Of a stretch of DNA of 64,000 nucleotides, positions 24,442 through 34,821 are shown piece after piece; within the stretch, counting starts at the first letter, position 1, and the number at the start of each line of letters is the position of its first letter. Origin of the DNA: Oikopleura dioica (lineage: Eukaryota > Animalia > Chordata); assembly GCA_907165135.1 (NCBI GenBank), contig OU015567.1, positions 8,308,001 to 8,372,000 on the forward strand, written 5' to 3'. The notes beneath the pieces were generated by a model. It had not been told where the DNA came from. It made no database searches and saw only the letters and a program-made list of their open reading frames with translations. The position numbers were made by a program, and so were the translations under genes.

Positions 24442-27400
24442 ATGCAAGTCGTCACTGGAAAAATCACCGAGAAGCCGAAGCCCCGACCGCAATCAGCGCC
24501 AATGAAGCTGGTCACCTCGCCCCTCGCTGTAAGTCAAATAAACGCGAATCCAGCTTTAGCAGCGAATTCAGCTGCGAACGCGACATTGCATTGGATTGCG
24601 CGTTTATTTTAAACAATCCTGGATCAACCCAAATCGCCCTCGTTTATTAGAAGCGGAAAACTCAATTTTCCGTTTATATAACGCACCGTTCAGTAGTTTC
24701 ACTTTTTTCTGTGAATTTCGCTCAAATTCACCTTATTTTTTTTCCAACAAAAAGGCTGAGAAAAGCATTTTCGTGGTCAAAACAAGTTGTGGTGGTTAAA
24801 ATTAATTTAACTGTTCGTAATTACCGTACAATCTTGTTAGCATAAAAACTACTTGTAAAGGGAGAGAGAGAGAGTTGCGTTCTAATTTCCTCGATCACGG
24901 ATTTTCCCAAAACAATCCCCTTTTCATGAAAAAAAGAAGGAAAAAACTTGCACTTGTTTCCACCACAGCCTCTCTTTATCACAAAATAAGGCCCATAAAT
25001 ATAGATTCGCTGTTTGGCCCCAAACAGAGCCGCTCTTTTTTCGGGACTGTTGCTATTCCGGATCGGGTTAACGTTTTTCTTTCACGTTAATAGCTACTAG
25101 CTATTGTAATTGGAGGATTTAGTATACTTGTCTCGTTAACCTGTTTCCTTGGAATGAATTTATCCGTTCAAACGTGGATTTATTAAGTAGCTTTTTAACA
25201 AAAAATCATCTAAAAATACCTCTTAATTGACCTTTTTGCCCGTTATTCCGTAACAAGTCAAAATTAAATTGCAAATTCAAGACTATATTTTGCACCAAAA
25301 CACAAAATTATCCGCTCACGTTTTCTGGCCGTCAAAAACTGATCCGGCTTGTTTAAAATATTTAAATATTATGTTCGTGATTTGACCCGGTCGTTAATAT
25401 TTAGTTGATGTATCAAACTTCAAATGGTGCGTATGGAAACAGAGGGCGACCTGTGAGTGCGATTTGCCGACCTTCAGTTCACTACGGCGTAAGTACTTGC
25501 AAACTTTAGTTCAAGCGATTTTAGCCGCTTTAATTTTTGATTTATGTTGATATCTAAACCCTTTTTCTTTTGAAACTTTTCATCGAGAAAGCCGATTTTT
25601 ACGCAAAATTTCCCCTTGTGATGATGATACCCTTATTTATCTAACCAATCGGAAGCTAATACAGTTATCTTGTCCAAAAGTGATTACGATGTTAGTTATT
25701 TCAAACCATTTTTCTTGCGCTATAAATAGTCTAAAATGACCATTCTCTGTAGCATTGAGTTTGGTGGAACTCGTCTAACCCTGTTATTTTTAACTGAAAT
25801 TTGCACACCTCCGAGTTCACTTGATTTCTCGCCAAAGGATGACGTCTCTGACGACCCCTGACAACACCACTGATCTCAAACTGGCTCTCTAGCATTGAAA
25901 ATTGCTGATCAAATTGATTACTTCCGGGAAAATGTTAAATTAAGCCCATCCATGATTGCTGCCGGATAATGCGCCTTGAAATTTCTTGTATAACACGGTT
26001 CAATTAGCTCTGTTTAGCTAAGTCTCTTCTTTTTAACTGTATTCGCATTTTTCGCTGAAGCTGACGTTTTCGGGGATCTTGTATTACAGGAGAGATTCTG
26101 CATTAGAGCCGAAGGGGAGCGCTGTTTGGAGTGAAAATAATTTCGAGATTATCGCCGCCGTCTCCTCCTCTTTATGAGCAGCTTTCCGGGAGATTCTAAA
26201 CTTTCCCGAAAAGCCGCGCTAGAAGATGATAAGATTATTTCGCGCATTATCGAATCAAGTTCTATCGTTTTCTATCTTCCACGACTTCCTTAATTGATGC
26301 ACCAGGGGTCTAAATTCGCAGTGCGAATTCGCTTTATTGCGAAGCGATGCGAAGCGAAGCGAATTCGCTTTCGCTTCGCTTCGCACTGGAGACCGGAATT
26401 CGCTTCGCTTTCGCTTCGCAAAAATTCCCAAATTTTCGCATAAATTTTCGCACAGCAAGCGACTTTGCTATTCGGAAAATTCTTTATCAAAAAGTTGGAG
26501 AGGGGCATTATTGATGCCGTTATAAATTCAAGCTTTCTCAGTCTTCTGAAGACAAGTCTAATGGTGGGTCTAACTCTCAATAAATCCAAGGATTGACTGG
26601 TTATCAAGCTGGTCCTACCCCGGAAAACACGTTGTCACCAGCCTTTTTATTTTTTGAATGATCAGAATGATCTTTATGAACAGGGCTTATCTAGAATCGA
26701 AGATGATCTCATCTCCTATCGAGCAAGGGTGACCATTCGGGCAAGAAATCGTCGATTGGCCATCCGAATGCCCGGCCGAAATCAAAGGCTAAGAGTCGCG
26801 CCGTCCGAATGCCCGGTCGAGCTGGTGATGGGATTTTCAGTAGATAAGGGCTAAAAAAATAAGTTTCGAGAGGCTTTTGATTCAGTTAGAGGAGCAAGAG
26901 AGCAATAATAGTTGTAAAGAATTCGAAATTTAAGAATTTTCCTCGGCGCGGGCTTGACCAACTGCCCGAAAGCGCTGAATTCCCCGAAAGTGCCGAACTT
27001 GCCCAAATGGCCGAAATGCCCGCTTTTGCCCGGCCAAAATTAAGGGGCTGAGCCGCCCGAACGCCCAAACGAACAAATTTTGCCCGAAAATTGTCCGTTT
27101 TCCCCGACTTCCCGATGCCCGAGCGGTCACCCCTGCAGTCGAGTTTATTACAAACTTGGAATTATGAACAGTTAGACCCACCATTCGGCTTATATTGACA
27201 AGCTGAAAAAAGTACAGTAAAAGATGTTTTTTGTAATTTTTTGCCCCAAAAATAGGTTTTTGAAATCACCATCGCTTTTGAGTGGCTGATTGCTAGAGAT
27301 TCTTGCCGAGAATGCGTTTCAATTCAAGCGAAAAAATTTTCGCTTTTTTTCGCAATTTTCAATGATATTTCGCTTCGCTTTCGCTTCGCACATGGGCGAA

Positions 27401-28081
27401 AAATTCGCTTCGCTTTCGCTTCGCAAAAAATTTGAAAAAATGGTTCGCTTTCGCTTCGCTTTCGCACTAGGATTTCGGCTGATATTTAGACCCCTGGATG
27501 CACCAAAAACGCTAGCTTCTAAACCTGTGAGCTCAAAAATGACAGCACGGAATCGGGTTCAAATCTAAGTTTTTTTTTTGCGAAAGCCCTTTTTTCCCCT
27601 AGTTCCCGTTGTGACCTCCTCATTCTCCCTTACTTATTTTTAGACCATTATGATTATGGCATTAATAATGCCGCATTATCTATTTCCTCCGAAAACCGAA
27701 AACACTAATTTTCCAATAATTTTGGCCGCTACTATACAATTTTTGCGGCAGATGTTTCCGTCAATACAGTTTTTTTTCTATAATAATTTCTGATAAAAAT
27801 TTGTATACCAATTTAAAAAAAAACTTGAATCTCAGCTTTTAAGATTCTAGCTTTCTTTTGACTAGATAAAATAAGGGTATCATAACGTTATTTTTTTAAG
27901 AAAAGTATGCTCAAAGATGGAATCATCAATTTGAAACCCAAATAACTTTTCTTTTCAGCAATCCCGCAAATTCTCATCGGACAAGCTGCGCCACGGAATG
28001 TGGAGAAACTGCTCCTTCAACATCGCCTCCGACGGCTCCGTTATCCACAAAGTGCGTCTTCCTCCGAAGAAGACCGATTAA
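24442..28081 (+). CDS. Possible two-exon 69-aa microprotein with a MITE-filled 3.4-kb intron
   Basis: TTTTCAG acceptor then ATG 24442: MQVVTGKITEKPKPRPQSAPMKLVTSPLA, phase-0 GTAAGT donor at 24529. The acceptor ttttcag at 27958 opens phase-0 QSRKFSSDKLRHGMWRNCSFNIASDGSVIHKVRLPPKKTD*. The pairing of the two exons is inferred. Confidence 0.4.
26303..27496. mobile_element. Non-autonomous hAT-like element (about 1.2 kb) with (TTCGC)n subterminal arrays
   Basis: TIR caggggtctaaat / atttagacccctg. Flanking direct repeat gatgcac(c) on both sides. Dense ttcgcttcgc/gcgaagcg arrays near both ends. Confidence 0.85.
26724..27135. mobile_element. Older hAT-like MITE nested in the 26303-27496 element
   Basis: TIR caagggtgaccattcgggca versus caggggtgaccgctcgggca (reverse complement of the right end, 17/20). 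Degenerate 8-bp flanks ctatcgag / cagtcgag. Many internal GCCCGAA motifs. Confidence 0.7.
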
Positions 28082-28348
28082 AATGATCAAAAAGATTTCC
28101 ATCATCTCTATCGAAATTTCTGTATGCTCTCTCACACATCAATTTTGCATTTTACTGAGTAAGTATTTATTTAAATAAAAACAAGAATTTTTATAATAGC
28201 TGGTATTTTATTGAGATCTTATGATTACCAGCAAGAAATTTTTACTCAAACTCATCCCAAGTCTGGGGAACATATTCTGAAGATGAAGTGTCAGAGCCCG
28301 ATTCGTAATCGTACAATTCCTTTGCGCTCTAAATTTAAGGGTCTTGAC

Positions 28349-29042
28349 TCAGGTAAAAATTTTTACCGGGTTATATTCTTCACCAAAGCCCGGGTACTTT
28401 TTCTTCTTTTTCGTAGCAGGTCCAGAAGATGACTTTGGCATAAACCAATTTGGTTTTCGTGTATCGAATCGGTCCCGGGTATCTTCAAAGGTAGTTTCGA
28501 GCATTGAAGTTTCAACAATCGAATCGTCGACGAGCATGCCTAAAGTCATTCAAACACCCAGGCTGATACTTTTTCTTGAGAAACCTTTTGTTTTCTGTTT
28601 ATCATAAGTGTTGAACCAGCTCTTTTTCTTGGGCAGTATCTCGGTCATAATTTTTTGAGGGCTTTCTTTCATAGCAGATCCAAAGCATGACTTTCGTATT
28701 GTTTTTCCTACCCCGAGTCGGTCCGCAGTCTTATTTTCCTTCTCGTCATTGGTGATATCGAGTATAGAAGTCTCAACAACGGAATCATTGATGAGCATGC
28801 CTAAAGTCATTCAAATATCTAGATTAAGCTGTCTCTCCTCAAACCTCTTTCTTTTGATTATCATAACTCTCGAACCAACTCTTCTTCTTTTCCGGCTTCT
28901 TGAACTGGAAGTCGCCCCACTTTTCATTCGCACGAAACATCGAAATCGTGCCGAATGCTCTTCTATTTACCAGTGCAGTTTTCTCTTCCTTCGTTAACTG
29001 TTTTTGCTCGCTGCTTGACAAAAAGATTGAAAATTCTGACAT
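28349..29042 (-). CDS. Hypothetical protein built from tandemly duplicated exon-intron units
   Basis: Repeated peptides KKKSWF(E/N)(S/T)YD(N/K)QK and ML(I/V)(N/D)DS(V/I)VETS. Two introns share the 3' end TTTGAATGACTTTAG|GCATGCTC. Start MSEFSIF at 29042, stop at 28349. Confidence 0.6.
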
Positions 29043-29199
29043 GTCAGAATTCGTTTTTTTGTGCGAATGCAAGTTCAATTGTGCGCGATAATACGAAGGT
29101 TCGATTTTTATCTTTGATCGACAAAAACAACAAAAATGAAAAGCAAAAAATCGGCTATATTTTTGAACAGATAAGGAAAGTGGAAAAAAGAACAGATTA

Positions 29200-29681
29200 T
29201 CATCCTTTTCTCCCTTTAAAATCAGGTCGAAAGTATTCGCATAAAGGATCGTCAAGGTGATACTGGCAGTAAAGCCAGGAAGTGGAAATATTGATCAGCA
29301 CGCAGCCAGCAATCAGATTAGCGGCAACGATGAACATGAAGCATTTGTCTTTGAATCTCGTCCACAAAGATCGCTTATTTTCGGATGCTTCTTCCTAGAA
29401 AATGGTCAGCTAAAGAAAAGTTGTAGAACTAACCGGGACCGTGCTTGAAGAGCTTTGTTCTGAAGTATCTGATTCAGAAAGTGAGCCAGACGATTCCGTC
29501 AGTTGCAATTCCAGTCCGTTGTTTTCCAGCTCAACGAAATCGTCTTCAAAGTCGAATCTTGTTGAAAGACCACTTGTAGCGCTCGGGCTGTCAGAATATC
29601 AGAATCTGATGAAGATTTTTTCATATTTTACCTTTTCGTGATTTTCTCTTTTGAACTGCTTGTTGCTGAATCCGAACTCAT
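29200..29681 (-). CDS. Small Ser/acid-rich protein with a LIR-like motif and one C-terminal TM helix
   Basis: Three exons joined by GT-AG introns: MSSDSATSSSKEKITKS|PSATSGLSTRFDFEDDFVELENNGLELQLTESSGSLSESDTSEQSSSSTVP|EEASENKRSLWTRFKDKCFMFIVAANLIAGCVLINISTSWLYCQYHLDDPLCEYFRPDFKGRKG*. Confidence 0.7.
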
Positions 29682-30135
29682 TTTTGTTTGACCTGCGAGT
29701 TCATCAGCCTAGTGTGTTGATAATACTGTCGTTGCTGGATTCTAGAGACCGTCTTATCTTCTAATATTCCTCGCAAAACCTCCGCTCAACCAAAAGACAA
29801 CGCGTTTTATAGAGGATAACGATATAACTATCCACAAGACATGAAAATACAACTTTATCAAAATTTGCTGATACAACAAACTATCGTGTACCTAGTCTAC
29901 TACTATCAACATGGAAGATAATGCTGACTTTTTCCAAAGTTATCAGCAATAAATCATAGCTTTTTTCTCGACGCACGCTCGGTTGAATCGAGATTTTTAT
30001 GTTTGTTCAGCCGGACACAGACAGACTAGACTTGGGATTTTGTCAGAGGACACGGGCAGACTAGATTTTCAGATTTTGCCTCAAATATAGAACCCTGATC
30101 ATCAACAAACGAAAATTTTTTATTGATAGCTCCGA

Positions 30136-31888
30136 TCAAAAGTCAGGGAAACAGAAATTCTCACAAGAGTCATTGCATTTATCCGGAAGGGTATCAAAAA
30201 CAATGGGATATTCACAAGGGTGGTCATGGTGATGAAGTTTTTCTACTCCAGTTATATGTGTGCCATTCCAGGTTGCCCGTTCCACATCATTACTATGAGT
30301 TTATTTTCTTAACCTTAGCCGGCCAAGGTACTCCAAATATGGCGCCTCTTGACAAGTGCCCGAGAAAAATCATTTCTGACCGACTAGGGTTAATACAAAT
30401 AGTAAATTAATTACCTCTGGTATCCTGCGAATGACAAGAAGAAACTATCATAGAAGAGAATCGACGGACTAACAACCGCCTTAATCAAAATGAATGATTA
30501 TGTATTTAAAACACTTCTACCTCGTTTAAAAACCCAGCAAAGCTCCAAACATGATCACGGAATAAAAAGACATCTCTCATTTTATAATAACTATCGTTAT
30601 CAGAACCTGTGTTGCTACCACCACCCATTGTAACAAGCCCATGACCAAGAGAAACACAACCAGGATTACGCATTGCCTTTGGTGCATCTTGTTCATATGT
30701 CCACCCACTAAAACCCAGTGTCTCAACTTTTGAAGTTAAAGGATAATATTGATGGTCGTATGTTTCCCGTCCTCCACCAATAGCAGTAGGCATATTGTCA
30801 TTGAGGGCCATGCAGCCGTACAAATGATGATGCTGTAAAATAAAAGGGTTTTTTCATGATTCGATTCCATTAAAATTCTCGCATTCTGTATATGGCGAAT
30901 GCCCAAAACATAGGAGAACTTCATTCGGATAGGTAGGAATAGTGACGATTCCACCCCAATAAAGCCTGAAATTATTCACAAGTTTAATTTGAAGTTCTTC
31001 TATTCCACATCCAGATAGTTTAGCGATCTGAATGCAAATTTTTATTGTAAATAATTTTCGTTTAAAGCATTGTTAAATAAAAATTGCCTTCAACAGAAGT
31101 TATTTAATTTTTTTTTACTTTTTTTGAGTCATCTCTTCCTCCAAAAATGAACATTTCTCCATTAAGCGTAGCATAACCAACAGAATCAAGATACGGATAT
31201 GTCTCGTCATGAGATTCCGGTGTAAAATAATACCGATCTTCCAAAAAGTGGCCATCGGCTGATATTATATAATTCATCTGATATCCGTTGAAATGATAAT
31301 CCTGACATAAATATGTCACAAAAGGCTGACATTTGTATCCTTCTTCACAAGGGCACCCTCCAAGACATTGAGACATGCACGGACAAAGTGAGGAATTGTC
31401 GATGAATGATGAATAACAGTCATCAAAGCATTTGTTTTGAGCAGAACATTCAACAAGGCATATTTTTAAGTCAGAAGCCGCTTCATCAATGCACTGTCGA
31501 TAAGTTGGGTTGCTTAGCTCCGGATTTTTACAAGCACAAAGAGGATGATTGCAGTTGGTACAGCCTTCTGGACAATCATGATAACAGGGACAAGAGTCCG
31601 AGCATCCTTCAAAAAGGCTTCACAAATAGATCCTACGTTCTACTCACTTGTATATTCATTCAAGCATTCATGTTCGCAAAAAGAGTCCGCGCAACTTTCA
31701 CGACAAGTAACAAAAATAATTCGGCAAGAGGCATCACATCCGTCACCCAGCTCTTGATCACTAGAATTCATTCAGTTGTGATTTAGTAGAGTATTCCTTT
31801 ACGGGCAGGAGTCCAATTCGATTGACAAAACGGAATTGACGAAGGAGAATAAAATTAAGTCTCTGAGTATCATTCTCGGAATGAACAT
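30136..31888 (-). CDS. Secreted protein: signal peptide, Cys-rich helical repeats (CPC..CP.GC) and a Kelch-like beta-propeller
   Basis: Signal-like MILRDLILFSFVNSVLS. Cys-rich CSDSCPCYHDCPEGCTNCNHPLC and LCPCMSQCLGGCPC. Kelch-like blades ATLNGEMFIFGG, PTAIGGG, LVTMGGG. C-terminus VERATWNGTHITGVEKLHHHDHPCEYPIVFDTLPDKC...PDF*. Confidence 0.75.
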
Positions 31889-32343
31889 CGATTGAGGGAA
31901 CGGTCTTACCAGTAAAATCTTGAGAAAATATGCACGTGTTAGCTCGGAAAAATTCAGAGAACGGTTGAGAATATTTATCTTGATGCAATTCCGGTGCCCT
32001 TCTAAAGAATCCTTCTGGACCCTGCTTACCCCGTGATAAGGGCGATTTCGATAATTCGCCTCCTCCCCTTCTGGTGTTATCAGAAAAATTCACTTTTGCA
32101 TTTGCGTATTTTGCCAACGCTCGAGATCCGGCATTAGTCAGATGCGACAAATAGCCACCGAATTCCGTACAAACTCGATTAAGTTTTAACTCACTTGAAA
32201 CGTGAATCTTGCGTTCTTACGTAAAATATATTTGACAACAAGCGAAATAGAAGTTTTTTCGTGAAAATGCTGGACTGGATTTTCTGGAGTAACTACTGGC
32301 TTTAGAACATGAATTGAACGAGCAAATAATCTCTTTGATTTAT

Positions 32344-34424
32344 TTAGTTAGCAGAGGAATCATCTTCTGAATGAAGTTCCGCCTGGATCATCTCCCGCGC
32401 GGCAGCAACGGCGGACGGATTTCCGGTAATGCTGAGCCAAACGTTGTCTGAAACGAAACTCCAGTTTTCAAGAGCGGCCTGTCAATTTCGATGAAATTAG
32501 CGAAGATCGCAAATTTTTAAGTCGAGCTAGTCAAAACCTCTTCGGTTTCAGTTCTCAGCGATTCTGAATTACTGACGCGCTTTTATAAAAACATGACTTT
32601 TTACCGAGAAAATCATGTAAAAGTTCATCATGAAAAAAGATCGAAACTAAACTGAAATTGGTTTTTAGCGACTGAACCATGATTTTCCACAGATTTTTCA
32701 AATTCATAAAAACGACAAGAGAAAACTACGGGTTGACCCGCAAATATCAATTCTAACTGTATATTTGACAGGTTTCGCGCTTGAAACTTCAAGCGAAAAT
32801 GCAATCTTTCAAAAAATAAGTCCACCTACCTTTACCGTGTTTTATCTTTTTCGTGTCGACATAAATGACTGTATTTGTTTTGTGCTCTGAAAGAATTTTC
32901 ACAATTATTATTAGAAAAAACGTGAGAAAGCCGCAATCAGCAAATTTTAATCACGCAATTAGCAGCTTAAATTTAGAAAGCATCAGAGTTGTACAACTGG
33001 TCCGATTTTCGCCAAGCGATCCGATAATCATGTGATGTTAGCCGCGTCTCAGCTAGTTAAAAAATTTAGAAAATCGAGTGGCACTCGCGTTTTTTCTTTT
33101 TTAAGCTTATGGAACATGGCTAGGGAAATCACTAATATTTCGACTTTTTCTGAGCTTAGTAGGGTGGGCATATTATACAGTTTTTATATTATTACAGGAG
33201 CTGGAGATCATTTTGACTATTGATATTGGGGGTGATTTCGTACCCTGAGGGCATTTAGGTACCTCTGAAGTCCCGAAATCTGGCCAATTTCGGAAATCCG
33301 GCTCGGAATCTCGCCAGAACGGGTCATTTGATCGCGCGGCTTAGCTAGAATTGTAGCTAAGGCTCTGACGGTCATTTTGAGGGGTAGCTTAGTACTGATT
33401 ACCCCCATTCCAGAGCCGCCAGAGGGCCTAGAAGGTTGGGGTCCCGACCGAAAATCTGGTAAATATGCTCCCCTTCTTGATTACTTCCCAAAACGGCAAT
33501 ATTGCGACTGTATCTGCATCACTTCTGACCTTAGAACAAGTTGGGGTCACCTGGGGTCACTTGGGGTCAAGTTTGTCTTACAAAGTTCGAATATCTATCT
33601 TTCAAGAAAAAAATTTCCAAACTTGACCCCAAGTGACCCCAGATGACCCCAATTCGATTTTAGGTCAGTAGTGATGCAGATACAGTCGCAATATTACTGT
33701 ATGAATGATGAAATCAAGAAAGAGAGCATTTTTGCCAGAATTTCGGTCGGGACCCCCACCTTCTAGGCCCTCTAGCGCCTCTGGAATGGGGGTAATCAGT
33801 ACTAAACTACCCTCAAAATGACTGTCAGAGCCTGGGCTACGATTCTAGCTAAGCCGCGCGATCAAATGACCCGTTCTGGCGAGATTCCGAGCCGGATTTC
33901 CGAAATTGGCCAGATTTCGGGACTTCAGAGGTACCTAAATGCCCTCAGGGTATGAAATCACCCCCACTATCAATAGTCAAAATGATCCTCAGCTCTTAAG
34001 CTTTCTGAATCTGTATTATATGCCCACCCTACGAAGCTAGAAAAAAGCTCAATTATTAGTGATTTCCCTAAACATGGCGTAATTCGAGCAAACCGTGCAG
34101 CCGCGCTTATCAAAGTTACATGCTTTATCTGGTTCAGTTAAATCATTGTATCTTGTACCGAAAACTGTTAGAAACTACCTTTTTACAATTAGTAAACGCT
34201 TTAGAAATCGGCTCACGAAATAGGGTAGATCGTTATCTCCGACCCTAGTACCTATTCTTCCACATCCTTTGCCATCTTTTTCAGTAATCAAAGCCATGTA
34301 TTCAGCTGGAATCGCCAGCACAGTCGTCGTGCTTAAATTTCCTCTCTAGTGAAATTTCAACAATTTCAATTTTCAACCTTTTCCACTTTTCCTTATTGGG
34401 AAAGCAACAGCAACCTATGCACAT
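32344..34424 (-). CDS. About 128-aa protein with an N-terminal Cys cluster and a degenerate KH-like domain; a 950-bp transposon lies in intron 2
   Basis: Phase-consistent GT-AG model: MCIGCCCFPNKEKWKS|TTTVLAIPAEYMALITEKRWQRMWKNR|LHFRLKFQARNLSNIQLELIFAGQP|RVSNSESLRTETEE|AALENWSFVSDNVWLSITGNPSAVAAAREMIQAELHSEDDSSAN*. A TTTTCAG acceptor lies upstream of the ATG. Confidence 0.55.
33121..34070. mobile_element. Palindromic (foldback-like) hAT MITE, copy 1 (950 bp)
   Basis: Ends tagggaaatcactaat / attagtgatttcccta. 8-bp TSD aacatggc at 33113-33120 and 34071-34078. The two roughly 460-bp arms are reverse complements nearly to the centre. Confidence 0.95.
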
Positions 34425-34821
34425 TTTTCTACGATCTTATTTCTGAAAAGGGAAGAATCTGAAGGGGGAAACGCGTTGGCTACCTGCTGATTCTTAGGGA
34501 GCTCTGAGGATTATCACATGACAAGTGGCTAATATTTATAGCGCTGGGTACTTGTTTTTTCTAGAGAAGCACGTAAATCTGAGCTGACAATTGTTAAAAG
34601 AGGTCAAATTCAAGGTAAAATATTGCTCAATCATCAAGGCTATTTGACATCAAATAAACTCTTTTGAGGTCACGTGACTTGATTATTTGTATAAAGATAT
34701 AATTTATTTAGAATTGTGTAATGTATAAAAATAATCATTTGAAACATTTCTTGAACTGGCGGGTAAATAAATGTACAAAAAGAGAGATAATTTACAATTT
34801 TGGTCGGTTGAATATTTTTTC

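Noticed and set aside
28349-28810. Back-to-back in-frame ORFs joined by TGA-ATG, suggesting readthrough or translational coupling
   Set aside because: The TGAATG lies inside a 45-nt GT-AG intron (ending GACTTTAG). Splicing explains it.
31761-32150. 129-aa ORF upstream of the Cys-rich gene
   Set aside because: It starts at a non-ATG codon. The signal-peptide exon of the Cys-rich gene is in a different frame within it, so this ORF is probably spurious.
33032-33646. ORFs in the palindromic hAT element (and 56226-56695 in copy 2)
   Set aside because: Short, not conserved in frame beyond a shared repeat peptide, and no hAT transposase motifs. The elements are non-autonomous.
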